This document shows, in pieces, positions 1 through 10,534 of a stretch of DNA of 64,000 nt. The position numbers and the translations under genes are program-made. Origin of the DNA: Geopsychrobacteraceae bacterium (GTDB taxonomy: Bacteria; Desulfobacterota; Desulfuromonadia; Desulfuromonadales; Geopsychrobacteraceae). Position 1 is the first letter of the stretch. Each line of letters starts with the position of its first letter. Location: positions 32,001 to 96,000 of the forward strand of contig OY759353.1 in the NCBI GenBank assembly GCA_963662315.1, given 5' to 3'. A model generated the notes under the pieces. That model was not told the DNA's origin, made no database searches, and worked only from the letters and a program-made list of their open reading frames with translations.

Positions 1-1155
1 CGAGTTGGCTGAAAAGAAGCAGGCGTAGTCACTATTTTTGTAATAACTCAGCGGAATAAAGCCAAGACTGGCCATCTCCAGTTCACGGGTTTCAGAGATC
101 AGCATCTCGGTCGGCATTTTCATCTGCATCCCTTTGCCGTCGTCGTGCAGATGAATTGGCAGGTTTTCTACTTTGCCGCCGGCCTCGGGACCACGGATGT
201 TGACCGCCCAGCCGTTTTCGGCAAAGCTTTTGGCAATGTTGCCGGCAAAGGCGAACACCGGGTTGCCGAACAGGTATTTGTCTTGGTCGGAAGTGGAGAT
301 ATCCTCCTCGTAATTAAATGTGCGCACCGGCGAACTGTCTTGACCATAAGGCAGACGCAGCAGCACGCGTGGGGTCAGCAGGCCGATGTAGCGTGCATCC
401 TCGGTAGCGCGGAAGCTTTTCCAGCGGGTATATTCGGCCTTCTCCATGTAGTTGGTGAGGTCGTTGATCTGAGCGATTTCATCGACGTTCTTCTTGCCGA
501 AGAAGCGCGCTCCCACCGAGGCCAGAAACGGACAATGGGCACTGGCGGAGACCTTGGACACATCGCGCAGCAGGGCAATATCCTGAGCGGAATTATCAAA
601 TTCATAGTTACCGACAATGGTGGCAAAAGGTTCGCCACCGGGGGTATCGTATTCGTTGACATAGACATGCTGGTAGAGCCCGGTCTGGATTACCTCGGGC
701 GCTTCTTCAAAGTCATCGCGCAGGTCCTCTTTGGTACAGTCGAGAATCTCAACCTTGGTATTGCGGCGGAAATCGCAGCGCTCAATCATCATCTGCAGGC
801 CGCGCCAGGAACTCTCCACACTCTGGAACGACGGATGGTGAAGAACCGCGTCAAGCTGTTCGCTGATGGTCTGATCGATCTGCGCGATATACTGATCGAG
901 CAAAACTTTGTCGATCTTTTCAATTTGTGAATTGTTTCGCGTGGTCAGGTCGAGAAATACCTGAATACCAGCGGTCAGGCGTTCCTGAAGGCTGATATCG
1001 GCCATCCTTGAAGCGTCGGCAAAGCTTTTCAGGGTTATTGATTCCTGCATCGGCTGAATGTCCACCAGTTCACACAAGCGGGCATAGGAATTGTTCTCTT
1101 CATAAACTGTCTGTTTGCTGGCTGCTTGGCCAGCGGTGGCAGGTGAACTGCTCAT
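1..1155 (-). CDS. tssC: T6SS contractile sheath large subunit TssC/VipB (3' end runs off the window)
   Basis: Absent from the ORF track because it is truncated. My translation from ATG 1155 (RBS AGGAGA upstream) gives ...IDQTISEQLDAVLHHPSFQSVESSWRGL...TGLYQHVYVNEYDTPGGEPF, typical TssC motifs. Lies directly after tssB. Confidence 0.95.
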   Translation of the reverse strand, partial: MSSSPATAGQAASKQTVYEENNSYARLCELVDIQPMQESITLKSFADASRMADISLQERLTAGIQVFLDLTTRNNSQIEKIDKVLLDQYIAQIDQTISEQLDAVLHHPSFQSVESSWRGLQMMIERCDFRRNTKVEILDCTKEDLRDDFEEAPEVIQTGLYQHVYVNEYDTPGGEPFATIVGNYEFDNSAQDIALLRDVSKVSASAHCPFLASVGARFFGKKNVDEIAQINDLTNYMEKAEYTRWKSFRATEDARYIGLLTPRVLLRLPYGQDSSPVRTFNYEEDISTSDQDKYLFGNPVFAFAGNIAKSFAENGWAVNIRGPEAGGKVENLPIHLHDDGKGMQMKMPTEMLISETRELEMASLGFIPLSYYKNSDYACFFSANS

Positions 1156-1180
1156 AGCTTGTTATCTCCTTGATGCCCGC

Positions 1181-1708
1181 TTAGAAACTGCGGATGTCCA
1201 TGCTTGATGTTTCATCGGAATCGACCAACAGGGATTCGAGCTGCTGTTTGAGCCCCTCCAGCTGTGGCTGGTTGGCCACGATGCGCTCCAGTTCTTTACG
1301 GAATTTGGCATTGTCCAGCAGATTCGATTTCAGGTCTTTCAACAGGTTGCGCATCGCCATCAAACTGTGCAATTCCGGAATCTGTTGGGCGACGTGATCT
1401 GGGCGGAAATCTTTCATCGATTCAAAGGACAAGTTAACGCTGATATCACTGCCGTCTTTGGCCAGTTTGTTTGGAACCTCAAAGCGGGTGCCGGGAGTAA
1501 GGTCTTTCATGACCGCTTCAAAATTATTCTTGTTAATGTTGATCCGTTCACGATCAACGATTTTTCCTTTCGTCTTGCCATTGCTGAAATCGCCCATGAC
1601 CAGCATTTTTAGGGGCAGTTCAAGCTTTTTGCGGTTGCCGCCGGTCTCGACATTCAGGGACAGGTTGATGCGCGCTTTGGGAATTTCTTTCTGAAAACTG
1701 TCACTCAT
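1181..1708 (-). CDS. tssB: T6SS contractile sheath small subunit TssB/VipA
   Basis: SFQKEIPKARINL...KKLELPLKMLVMGDFS...FESMKDFRPDHVAQQIPEL motifs. The N-terminus resembles subtype i2 TssB (from memory). Confidence 0.95.
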   Translation of the reverse strand: MSDSFQKEIPKARINLSLNVETGGNRKKLELPLKMLVMGDFSNGKTKGKIVDRERININKNNFEAVMKDLTPGTRFEVPNKLAKDGSDISVNLSFESMKDFRPDHVAQQIPELHSLMAMRNLLKDLKSNLLDNAKFRKELERIVANQPQLEGLKQQLESLLVDSDETSSMDIRSF

Positions 1709-1750
1709 GATTTTCTCCTTGGGTTATCTGGTGTCATTGCTGAAAGATTT

Positions 1751-3283
1751 TCATTTAAAAAACTGACTGGCGGTGACCAGGTCGATCCGGCAAGCAACGC
1801 GTTGCAGGTCGTCCAAAGTGGTCATCAGGAGCTCTTTGGCTTCATTTTGGGCGCTTTTAAGCAAGGTCATAATAATCTTGCTACGCAGTTCGATAACGGC
1901 CATCAGCAGGCGCGGTTGCCAGGTTTCAAGCGTGTGCCGGCTGACATACTGGTAGAGCTCGTCAAGAACGACTTCGGCCAACTGGTTCTTGCCGGCAGTA
2001 TGGCAGGCCTGGGCTTCGGCCAATTGCAGGTGAACCCGGTCAAAAGCAGACTGACGTGGACACTCGCGCAGGATGGTCAGGGCCTCTGATAATTTCTTTT
2101 CCCGTGCCGCCTGCAGGGCTAAGCCGATCATCTGGCTGATCTCAGCGCTGTCCGTGGTCGCCGGCTCCGGAGCCAATTCTCCTGACTGGGGTTGGGTACG
2201 GTTCAGATCTTCAAGCCACAAGGCCGTTTCAGCATTACAGAACGGTGAGCCATCGGCGTAGCACAGTTCTGGCAGGTCTGGAAAACGGGCCAGATAATTG
2301 CGCGTCGTTGTTTCAACCAAGGTGGCCATGTCTTGCCGCCCATGCTTTTGGGCGTGTTGCCAGACAAATTGCTGTAGCGCCAGGTTGTAACGAAACCCTG
2401 GCTCGAAAAATACTTTTTCACTGAGCTGCAAGGCGAGTTGGAAATCCTTATCCGCAGCCAGGTTGCTCAGCTCTGCCCAGGCACTCTGGCGTGGGGGTGG
2501 AACACGGGTTTGGTGGTTCGTATGGGGTGGAAACGTGCTGCCTCCCCAGAGCATGGCACGAGACAAGGACATCGCCTGATAAAGTTCCTTGTTGTCACAC
2601 AGATAGGTGTGCAGTTTGCGGGTTTCGTTATCGAGGTCGCGGCTTGAGCCAATGCTGGCAAGCGGCTGCAGAGTCGCTACTGATGCGGAAACCGCTGTAG
2701 CGGATTCTGGTTGGGCAACGGGTGCAGCGGTCGCAGCTTGTGGCTCACTGGGCAGAAATTTTTCCTGTTTGCTGAGCCAACTGGCCAATCCGCTCAGGCG
2801 TGGTGCTTCATCCCCCAGAGTGTCCAGCAGGAAGGTATTGATCTGTTCTGTTTCACTTTGGAGGCTTGCCAGCATGGTGCAGTTCAACTCACTGTTGTGC
2901 TGTTCGGCAAAAGCGATCAAACGCGGTGTGTTGAGCAGTGCCAGGGCTGCGAGCCGGGCATTGTCACGCACGGGATGACAGTCCGTCCAGAAGTTGCAGA
3001 GGAGCAATCGATAGCCCTTCAGGCCCTGGTGCAGCCCTTCGGCTCCATGCAGATAAACACTGGATAGTAAGTGATAGGCGGCAATGCGCAGGTCTTTGCA
3101 GCTTTCTGTCAGTAACTGGGCACTGAGTCGATAGACCTGTTCATAATCGGTGTCCGACAGTTTATCCAGCTCTTCCTTGAGAAACAGGAACTCATCGAGG
3201 TAGCGCGGGTCGTCGCCACACGGACTCATCCCGTTAATGGGAATTCCGAATGCTGCCGTATCAATCACAGCGCAGCTGCTCAT
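1751..3283 (-). CDS. tssA: T6SS protein TssA (ImpA_N plus VasJ-like C-terminal region)
   Basis: PCGDDPRY..EF..LKEELDKL, CKDLRIAAY and FWTDCHP (ImpA_N); LCYADGSPFCNAET..WL (VasJ-type). T6SS operon context. Confidence 0.9.
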   Translation of the reverse strand: MSSCAVIDTAAFGIPINGMSPCGDDPRYLDEFLFLKEELDKLSDTDYEQVYRLSAQLLTESCKDLRIAAYHLLSSVYLHGAEGLHQGLKGYRLLLCNFWTDCHPVRDNARLAALALLNTPRLIAFAEQHNSELNCTMLASLQSETEQINTFLLDTLGDEAPRLSGLASWLSKQEKFLPSEPQAATAAPVAQPESATAVSASVATLQPLASIGSSRDLDNETRKLHTYLCDNKELYQAMSLSRAMLWGGSTFPPHTNHQTRVPPPRQSAWAELSNLAADKDFQLALQLSEKVFFEPGFRYNLALQQFVWQHAQKHGRQDMATLVETTTRNYLARFPDLPELCYADGSPFCNAETALWLEDLNRTQPQSGELAPEPATTDSAEISQMIGLALQAAREKKLSEALTILRECPRQSAFDRVHLQLAEAQACHTAGKNQLAEVVLDELYQYVSRHTLETWQPRLLMAVIELRSKIIMTLLKSAQNEAKELLMTTLDDLQRVACRIDLVTASQFFK

Positions 3284-4299
3284 AGCAGAATCTCCCGGCG
3301 ACCGATACGGTAGAGAACATCCACCATGGGAGTCGCGTCTTTCTCCAGTAGCCGACGTAGATCGATATTGCTGGTAAAATTTGGCAGGTTGCTGCTTTCT
3401 TTAAGGACATCGAAGATGACGTTATCCGTACTGTTTACATCCAGCAATGAGAGCAGATGCGATGGTGGTAGTGGCCGAAAAAACAGGGTCAGATAGTTTG
3501 CCTGGCTGGACACTGCATCAGTCCAGAAATAGTGAGAACGCCAGAAACGATTTTCCAGAATGGCTTCTATCATCTGGACCCAGAACACCACGAAGGGGAG
3601 CGCTTCTGCCGTACCGGGCAAGGGAAGTCTGACCCCCCAGTGGGTCTTGCTGGCACCCCGTTTGCTCACGGTGCGTAAAAAATCGAACAAGGCAAAAAAC
3701 AGACGTTCGCGGTCATCGGACAAAGGGACTTCCGACAGTCCGTTCCAGTACTCCTGCATGGTGTGTTCACTCAGGGTTTTGATGCGTTGTTCCAACAGGT
3801 CCCGTTCTGCGGGTACCTGGAAATGTCCCGACAGTTTTTCCAGGCGTTCGCCCATGACTTTTGCGGAAGCGACGCTGTCGAGTGATGCGACAAGCTGTTT
3901 GGCTCCTTTGAAATAGTGACCGCAGGTCAGGGGTAATGAGGCCCGGTGATTGTGAAAAATCGCGCCATTGACCAGTGCTAGCGTTGCAAAGGGATAAGTC
4001 CGACCACTTTTGTCACGACTACCAACGAGGGTTCCAATCAGGTTATGCTCCTGCTCTGACCCTGTCATGACGAAGTTATGACAGGGGAACCCACGGTACA
4101 GATCGGGCCACCCCTTGGGATATTTGCGGGTGATACAGCTGACCCCTTCCTGCAACCATTTCTCAAAGGCTGTCGTTTCACGACTGGCCAGGTTGTAACG
4201 CACAAAGTCGCCATGGTTAGGAAACTTGCCGAATCCACTGACTTTAAGTCGTGCATCGTGCGTTGAGGGGGACAATACTTTTTCAAAAAATCGCAACAT
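3280..4299 (-). CDS. tagF: T6SS-associated protein TagF
   Basis: FGKFPNHGDFV and SRDKSGRTYPF motifs; directly downstream of tssM. Confidence 0.88.
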   Translation of the reverse strand: MLRFFEKVLSPSTHDARLKVSGFGKFPNHGDFVRYNLASRETTAFEKWLQEGVSCITRKYPKGWPDLYRGFPCHNFVMTGSEQEHNLIGTLVGSRDKSGRTYPFATLALVNGAIFHNHRASLPLTCGHYFKGAKQLVASLDSVASAKVMGERLEKLSGHFQVPAERDLLEQRIKTLSEHTMQEYWNGLSEVPLSDDRERLFFALFDFLRTVSKRGASKTHWGVRLPLPGTAEALPFVVFWVQMIEAILENRFWRSHYFWTDAVSSQANYLTLFFRPLPPSHLLSLLDVNSTDNVIFDVLKESSNLPNFTSNIDLRRLLEKDATPMVDVLYRIGRREILL

Positions 4300-4310
4300 G
4301 GACTGGTCCG

Positions 4311-7300
4311 TTAATAAATTTTTTCCGGCAGTTGAAAGTTATTGAACAGATCACGACTGAAAGCATTGTTCTGACGATCTGGGCGTAACTTGAAGCGAAT
4401 AACTGCTTGCTGGTTAAATTCTGTTTCCAGGGTCCACGACACCAGATATTGGTTGTCTTCGGGGGTGATTTCCGCTTTGTCGAGCAGGTGAAACAGGCTC
4501 CATTCACCAGCAAAATCAAGCCCCATCTGTGATTGGTTCCCACTGGTCATACAGCTGATCGTTGCAGCCGGATTCTGGCTGGTCCCTGGCCAGCTGAAAT
4601 GTTTCCATTCCTGAGGTTCATTCTGATAGATCATTTTTTGACCATTGGCCTCAAAACGAACGACACGCAGGCCGCTGCTGGGAATTGGATAAATGGAAAA
4701 GTTGACGTTTGGTTGTCCTTGTCTTAACAGGCCTGCACTGATTTCAGCCGCTTTAGGCAGGGCCGCGAGAAACTGATCCGAAATCCTTGGCCCCTGCCCG
4801 AGCCAGGTCTGGTTCTTCCAGCTGTTTCCCTGTTTGCGGATAAACGGCTTGAGCTGGTTATTGGTGAAGTTCCAGATGATGCCGTCCTCACCACGGAAAA
4901 AATCAGTAATGTCAGTCAGAGAGGCATCGGATCCCTGGCGGTCAAAGGGGAATTTTCCGGCGATCTTCTTCTGGTAGCTACTGTAGACGGCGGTATTCCA
5001 CTGGTTCTGCAGGTAATTGCGGGTCTGCTTGATGATGGCCTGCCAGGCGTAGCCCAGCGGTGTGGTCAGCAGCCGGGATGCCGCCTTGCGGGTGCGTGCA
5101 TTGAGCCCATTGGTGAGGCTTTTGGTCGTCAGCCAGCATTTGTAAAGTTCGGAATCTGAGGCCCCGTTACCGCCGAGGATGGCACTGCTGTAATCATAGG
5201 CCTGCTGCTGCTGATCGACTGCTGCCGCCAGCTGTTCCAGATCGGCCTGGGCCGAGGTCAGGGCCAGCAGGTACTGGTTGATAAGCAGGCTGGTGGTCAT
5301 GTTTTCGGCCGGAGTGGCGAGCTTGCGCAAATCACGCAACGGCGCTTCCAGTTCAGCAATGCGGTTGTTCCCCTGGGGGAGCTCACCGGGAAGCGGGGTT
5401 ATCTCACCGATATTGATATTGGCTGAAATAGCCTGGAACAGCCCGGCAATTGGACCGTCAGTACGAGCTAGCAGGAGCAGTTTTTCAGATGAGTTTTCAA
5501 CCGATCCGAAATTGGCCAGGCTGACATTTTCGAGTAACTGCAACCAGGTTTCCGCATAGTCCTTGAAATACAGCTTGCGGATATCATGTTCAATTTCCTG
5601 AACCAGTTTTTCATCCACGGTTTCGGCATTGGCAGTATTGCTGCTGTTGTCAAAACCGGTGACCCAGTCCCCCAGGCAGGCGGTGTGAATCAGTTCTTTC
5701 ATCCCTGGTTTCATGTACTGGTACCAACCGTCAGCGGTATAGATGTAGGGGATGGTTGCCGTGTTTGTCAGAGTTCCGCCAGCTGTGGCGCCGAGCAGAT
5801 CGGTCAGCTTTTTCGGCTCATGGTCTTTGGCAGCAGTGTTGCGTAATTGCACATAGAGGCGTTTCGAGTCGGGTAGTGATTTAAGATTTTTCTGGGCGAC
5901 TTTCAATAACGCGTTGTCGGCTTCCTGGACGGCAATGAAGTCACCATCCTGGGGATCAAGGCGCATCTGGTCGAGATACATGTTGGCCAGGGCCTGGACC
6001 ATCTGTTGGCGCTCTGCGCTGTACCCCTGGTTGGGGTTCTGACCGTTAAAACGCTGGGAGATAAAGGTGTTGAGTCCTGCCATGACATAGCTGTTGTCCA
6101 GATGCTCCGGGTGGATCAGCATCTGGTAGGTTTTGAGCACCTGATAATACTCCTCGCGCATGGCATCCTGCTTTTTGACCGGAGCAGCGGCCCAGGCACT
6201 ATTGAACTTTCTCAGTTGATTTTCCAGGTCGCTGAAGGCCGGGGCAAAGAGGATCTGTTCAAAGGCGTTGATGAGCAGCTTGTGGAAACCCGGCAACTGC
6301 TTATCCCCTTCGTAAACGCCGAGGGTCATTACCAGCGGGCGCTTCTTTTCATTGGCCAGCAGGGTCTGGTAGTGCTTGAGGGCGCTGTCGAAAGCGTCGA
6401 GCTGTACCGCAATATTGGTCTGCTGGCTACTACTGACCAGGGAAGCCAGTCCTTCGGCTGCGGAGCTGCCATTGTTCAGCAGTAGGCTGTTCATGGTCAG
6501 GCTGGTGCTTAGCATCAGGAATGCGCCGACCATGATGGCCAGGCTGCACAGGATACTGGCTGTTTTCAGGGTGCGGTTGATGATCCCCCAACGGCGGGTG
6601 CGGTTGACATCCTTGGAGTTGGGGAAGATGACCTCTTTGAAAACGTCTTTGACAAAGAAGCTGACCGGTTCTGGCAGGGCTGCCGCCGGGTCTTCATCCA
6701 CATACCCAAAGGCCTGGCGGATCTGGCCGAGGATCTTCTGGATCGGGGTGCCTTCCTGGGTGGCGCTGGTCAGGTAAATCCCGCAGAAATTCGGGGTGTC
6801 CTGATAGGGATTCTCCTTGGTCAGGCGCTCGATAAAGTCGCACAGCAGGTGCTTGCCCGCTTCAAACTGGCCGGGGAAATTGAACAGCTCGCTTTTGGTT
6901 TCCGCCTTGCGGACCATGGACAGCTTGTGCAAACGGATCTCGCACAGGCGCTGGTAGAGCTTGTCGATGCCACTGCTAAACGCGCTGCTGATGGTTTCCG
7001 CACTGTTGTGCCCCAGCCACATGCCCCACACCTGTTCCCGTTCTTGTTCATCAAGATCAGCGAAAAAAGCTGAGAAGCCGTACAGCAGGTCACATTTGGT
7101 AAAGACGATGTAAATAGGAAATACGCACCCGAGGCGGTTGATCAGTTCGTCAATACGGTCGCGGATGATTTTGACATGGCGGTCCACCCCTTTGCTGTCG
7201 GCTGTCAGCAGATCGGCAATACTGATGGCGACGATAGCACCGTTGAGAGGCTGTTGGCGGCGGTGTTTGCGCAGCAGGGCAAGGAATTCCAGCCATTCAT

Positions 7301-7874
7301 GGTGATCATCCTGTTCGGTGGTGTAGCGTCCGGCAGTGTCCAGCAGGACGGCGTCGTTGGAGAACCACCAATCACAGTTACGAGTGCCGCCGAAACCGCG
7401 AATATCGATGTCGCTATCATGGGCATAAGGGAAATTCAGCCCCGAATTGCGTAACAGGGTGGTTTTACCCGCTGCCGACGGACCAATGATCATGAACCAG
7501 GGTAGGGCGTAGAGGGCTGCGTTGCCGCGATGTTGGGCGCCCAGTTCCGAGGATTTCAGGGAGGCGATGGCCTCATTCATTTTGTTGCGTAACTCTTCAA
7601 TTTCCAGTTGTCGCGACTGATCCTGGTCGGAAACCTGGTCCAGGTCTTTGCGGAACAGGTTCGAGCGCTTCTTTACGATCAGGTAGCGTACCAGCCAGAA
7701 CAGGGCAAAGACGAACAGAACTCCGCAGATACTGTAGATACGTACCTGGGCATCGGTCAGCCCGACATAGGGGCCGGCCCACCAGATCAGCGATAGGATC
7801 AACATCAGGCCGATAATGCGTGACCCGACTCGACCAAGGAGATATGCCTGTAAAAATATGAGTATATTCTGCAT
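4311..7874 (-). CDS. tssM: T6SS membrane complex subunit TssM/IcmF
   Basis: N-terminal TM helices, LYALPWFMIIGPSAAGKTT Walker A, GTRNCDWWF, LDTAGRY, GEWSLFHLLD; 1187 aa. Confidence 0.95.
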   Translation of the reverse strand: MQNILIFLQAYLLGRVGSRIIGLMLILSLIWWAGPYVGLTDAQVRIYSICGVLFVFALFWLVRYLIVKKRSNLFRKDLDQVSDQDQSRQLEIEELRNKMNEAIASLKSSELGAQHRGNAALYALPWFMIIGPSAAGKTTLLRNSGLNFPYAHDSDIDIRGFGGTRNCDWWFSNDAVLLDTAGRYTTEQDDHHEWLEFLALLRKHRRQQPLNGAIVAISIADLLTADSKGVDRHVKIIRDRIDELINRLGCVFPIYIVFTKCDLLYGFSAFFADLDEQEREQVWGMWLGHNSAETISSAFSSGIDKLYQRLCEIRLHKLSMVRKAETKSELFNFPGQFEAGKHLLCDFIERLTKENPYQDTPNFCGIYLTSATQEGTPIQKILGQIRQAFGYVDEDPAAALPEPVSFFVKDVFKEVIFPNSKDVNRTRRWGIINRTLKTASILCSLAIMVGAFLMLSTSLTMNSLLLNNGSSAAEGLASLVSSSQQTNIAVQLDAFDSALKHYQTLLANEKKRPLVMTLGVYEGDKQLPGFHKLLINAFEQILFAPAFSDLENQLRKFNSAWAAAPVKKQDAMREEYYQVLKTYQMLIHPEHLDNSYVMAGLNTFISQRFNGQNPNQGYSAERQQMVQALANMYLDQMRLDPQDGDFIAVQEADNALLKVAQKNLKSLPDSKRLYVQLRNTAAKDHEPKKLTDLLGATAGGTLTNTATIPYIYTADGWYQYMKPGMKELIHTACLGDWVTGFDNSSNTANAETVDEKLVQEIEHDIRKLYFKDYAETWLQLLENVSLANFGSVENSSEKLLLLARTDGPIAGLFQAISANINIGEITPLPGELPQGNNRIAELEAPLRDLRKLATPAENMTTSLLINQYLLALTSAQADLEQLAAAVDQQQQAYDYSSAILGGNGASDSELYKCWLTTKSLTNGLNARTRKAASRLLTTPLGYAWQAIIKQTRNYLQNQWNTAVYSSYQKKIAGKFPFDRQGSDASLTDITDFFRGEDGIIWNFTNNQLKPFIRKQGNSWKNQTWLGQGPRISDQFLAALPKAAEISAGLLRQGQPNVNFSIYPIPSSGLRVVRFEANGQKMIYQNEPQEWKHFSWPGTSQNPAATISCMTSGNQSQMGLDFAGEWSLFHLLDKAEITPEDNQYLVSWTLETEFNQQAVIRFKLRPDRQNNAFSRDLFNNFQLPEKIY

Positions 7875-7913
7875 GGTTTATGGCTTTCGTTCGTCTCTGT
7901 ATTGGTTAATTGC

Positions 7914-8636
7914 TCAGGGCTGCAGCGCGGTACTTTTCAGAATGACTTCCCGGGCTGTATCAACCTTGCTGATACTTGCTTCGGCCAGCTTACTGGAAAA
8001 AACCGCATAGCCGATGTAGGTGAAAAATACGACGGCAATGGTGACCACCGCGATCACCCAGTAAGGAACCTGGCGCCGCACCTGGTTGATCAGAGCATGG
8101 GTCGGGCGACCACTGTTGGCCAGGGCGTGATCCATCGGGCCACGGTAACCGTCAATCTGGGCGCGCAGGTCGACCTGCAGAGCCATCAAGTGTTCAATCC
8201 CCTTGATGCGATATACCCCTTCAAAGCCAAGCTGCAGACAGTAGTAAAAGACTTCCAGCAGATTGACGTTCTCTTCCCCCCCCTGACGCAGGGTGGCCAG
8301 GCGGGTGAAAAAGCCCTCCCCGGCGGTATGCTCGCCAAAGAATTCAAGCTGTAGCGGGCGCGCCATCCATTCTTCGCGCTGGGGCCACGATGAATTAAGG
8401 ACCAACTCATCGATAAAGGCAGTCAGGGCATATTTGGCATCTTTCAGCTCGACCATGCCAATCTGCAGGTCAAAGCCTCGCTTGTCGATGGCCGTCAATT
8501 CGTTGAGAATCTGTTCGCGAAAGTCGGCTGGCAGCTTGCTGGCTTTGCGGTCGTCGGACAACGGAGCCGCCAGGGCAAACAGCGGTTCACAACAGTGCAG
8601 GATAGAATTGAAATAGTTTGCAGCAGGTGTTGTCAT
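7914..8636 (-). CDS. tssL: T6SS TssL/DotU
   Basis: AKYALTAFIDE, W..RPLQLEFFGEHTAGEGFF, LEVFYYCLQLGFEG.Y and a C-terminal TM helix. Confidence 0.95.
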   Translation of the reverse strand: MTTPAANYFNSILHCCEPLFALAAPLSDDRKASKLPADFREQILNELTAIDKRGFDLQIGMVELKDAKYALTAFIDELVLNSSWPQREEWMARPLQLEFFGEHTAGEGFFTRLATLRQGGEENVNLLEVFYYCLQLGFEGVYRIKGIEHLMALQVDLRAQIDGYRGPMDHALANSGRPTHALINQVRRQVPYWVIAVVTIAVVFFTYIGYAVFSSKLAEASISKVDTAREVILKSTALQP

Positions 8637-8643
8637 TGTGTCC

Positions 8644-9972
8644 TTACTCCTCCACCGTGACGATTTTTATATCGGCGTTGTTAAATACAGAGGGGCGATA
8701 AATAGCTAAAGCCTCTTCCTTGGTAATCGATTCCCAAAAGTCCCCGCGCGCTTCCAGCCTAAAGTATTCACAACCACTGCGGGTCGACATTTTAGCTGGG
8801 GGACGCTGGGTATGAACCAGCTTAACGCCAGGCAGCGCGGCATTGACCACCATGGTCACGTTGGTATGGGCAGCAACCTTGACCTGGCGGGCAAAATCGA
8901 CGATCCAGTTCGGGTCGTCGTCGTCAAAGAGGACTTCCAGGAAGAAGGTTTCCCGGGTCAGGCGTTCTTTGCCAATGCCGCTGCAATAGAGCAGACTGGG
9001 GCTTTCCTGTATCAGTTCAAGACTGGTTGTGCGGGTCTTGGTCTTCAATTCGAGGAGCACGCTGAGCATACTGTTCAGGGCGGAAAACACCCGGGTCAGG
9101 TCGCTATGGTCATAACTGGGGATGTTGTCGATGGAGGTCTTGTCCTGAAAGGTACAGAAGGCTCCGGCAATCAGGCACAGTTCGCGGTACAGCTGTTCCG
9201 GGTGCAGGTCTGGCCAGCTCTGCAGGTGGCGCAGTTGTGGAATAAAAGTGTTCAGATTGCGTAGCAGGGCATGGTTGTTCGGATCCCGTTCAGCAAAAGC
9301 ACTGACTCCACCGTCACAGTCTTTACGTGCTGCTTCGATCTGTTTGCGTTTGGCATTCAGGGTGTCAATAATTCTTTCCAGTTCCTGAACCAGGGTTGGT
9401 GAGGCGGCGATCCGGCAGGTTGGTGGTACGAAACGAGTGGCCAATTGATAACGGTTATCTCCCTGATGGACGACTTCAGCGATTTTAATGTGTAAAAATG
9501 AGCTGAGAGCCTGCTGGTCGGTCATCAGCATCAGGTTCGGTCTGGCCAGCAATACCTCTTTGACCCGGTTGCCGTCATAAAGATCTTCGAGGGTGCTATA
9601 GTCTGCAATCCAACCACTCATTTGGCCGCGCTGAGGATAGCCACTTATTCCGGCAACATGCTGGTTCGCCGGCACTGCCAGATAGACCGCCAAGGGATCT
9701 CCCCCTGGCGATAACAATTCGCAAGCCAGTTCATGATCGTCGCTGCTGCGCTTCTCGACAAAGCGACCATCCTGAAACAGAGCACGGATCTGGAGCAAAC
9801 GGAAGCGCCCCATAGCCAGAGCTTCATGGTCAACACTCATGGAAATAATTCCCCATTCGAAGGGAGATCCGATGCATTGACGCTGCCGCTGATTGTGCTC
9901 CAGTTGCTGGTCCCAGGCCTGGAAATGTTGTTGGCCAAGGAAAATTCCTTCGGCCCAGACGATTTTTTTCAT
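8644..9972 (-). CDS. tssK: T6SS baseplate subunit TssK
   Basis: KIVWAEGIFLGQQHFQ, HPEQLYREL, YDHSDL and ALPGVKL motifs. Confidence 0.95.
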   Translation of the reverse strand: MKKIVWAEGIFLGQQHFQAWDQQLEHNQRQRQCIGSPFEWGIISMSVDHEALAMGRFRLLQIRALFQDGRFVEKRSSDDHELACELLSPGGDPLAVYLAVPANQHVAGISGYPQRGQMSGWIADYSTLEDLYDGNRVKEVLLARPNLMLMTDQQALSSFLHIKIAEVVHQGDNRYQLATRFVPPTCRIAASPTLVQELERIIDTLNAKRKQIEAARKDCDGGVSAFAERDPNNHALLRNLNTFIPQLRHLQSWPDLHPEQLYRELCLIAGAFCTFQDKTSIDNIPSYDHSDLTRVFSALNSMLSVLLELKTKTRTTSLELIQESPSLLYCSGIGKERLTRETFFLEVLFDDDDPNWIVDFARQVKVAAHTNVTMVVNAALPGVKLVHTQRPPAKMSTRSGCEYFRLEARGDFWESITKEEALAIYRPSVFNNADIKIVTVEE

Positions 9973-10026
9973 ATGTTTATCTTTTATGTGTTGTCGTTAC
10001 CACGCGGTTTACAAAATGGTTTTCTG

Positions 10027-10494
10027 TCATTCTTCGATGTCAATATGGTGCTCTTTTAATAGGGCTTTAATAGTTGTTGATAGGTCGATCCATAAAAAGG
10101 ATCGATCGACATCTCTGATAACTTTCCAGGATTCATCCGGTTGCTGGTGAAACGCCGCCATAATGCCGACATATTTGGCCTTTTCATTTTTTTCGATAAT
10201 GATTTTTTTCTCAGACGCCGGGTCCAGGGTCAGCGATTCTTTACGCAGTAACGTATCTCTTAAAACGGTCAGGTCGGATTTCCACAATTCCTCAAAACTG
10301 GCTTCTTCAAAGGTCTTTTTGTCGCTGAGTTGGTAGATATTGATTACTACCGGCAGAGGTTCTTTGGCTTGATTCAGATTAAGGGTTGCTGTCGATGCCA
10401 GATCAATTTTGACTTGTGGCGCTGAACATCCGGTCAGGGATAACAGGCAAAATGAAACAACCGCGATAGTGAAAAATGAACTGTTCATTCTCAT
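10027..10494 (-). CDS. tssJ: T6SS lipoprotein TssJ
   Basis: Lipobox LSLTGC after a signal peptide; LN....PLPVVINIYQL and YVGIMAAF motifs. I moved the start from 10632 to ATG 10494 so the signal peptide is N-terminal. Confidence 0.9.
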   Translation of the reverse strand: MRMNSSFFTIAVVSFCLLSLTGCSAPQVKIDLASTATLNLNQAKEPLPVVINIYQLSDKKTFEEASFEELWKSDLTVLRDTLLRKESLTLDPASEKKIIIEKNEKAKYVGIMAAFHQQPDESWKVIRDVDRSFLWIDLSTTIKALLKEHHIDIEE

Positions 10495-10534
10495 CGTAAA
10501 GATCCTTTTTAATGTGAATAGGGGGCTGGCGATT

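Noticed and set aside
145..930. 261-aa plus-strand ORF
   Set aside because: Antisense shadow of tssC; no recognisable motifs.
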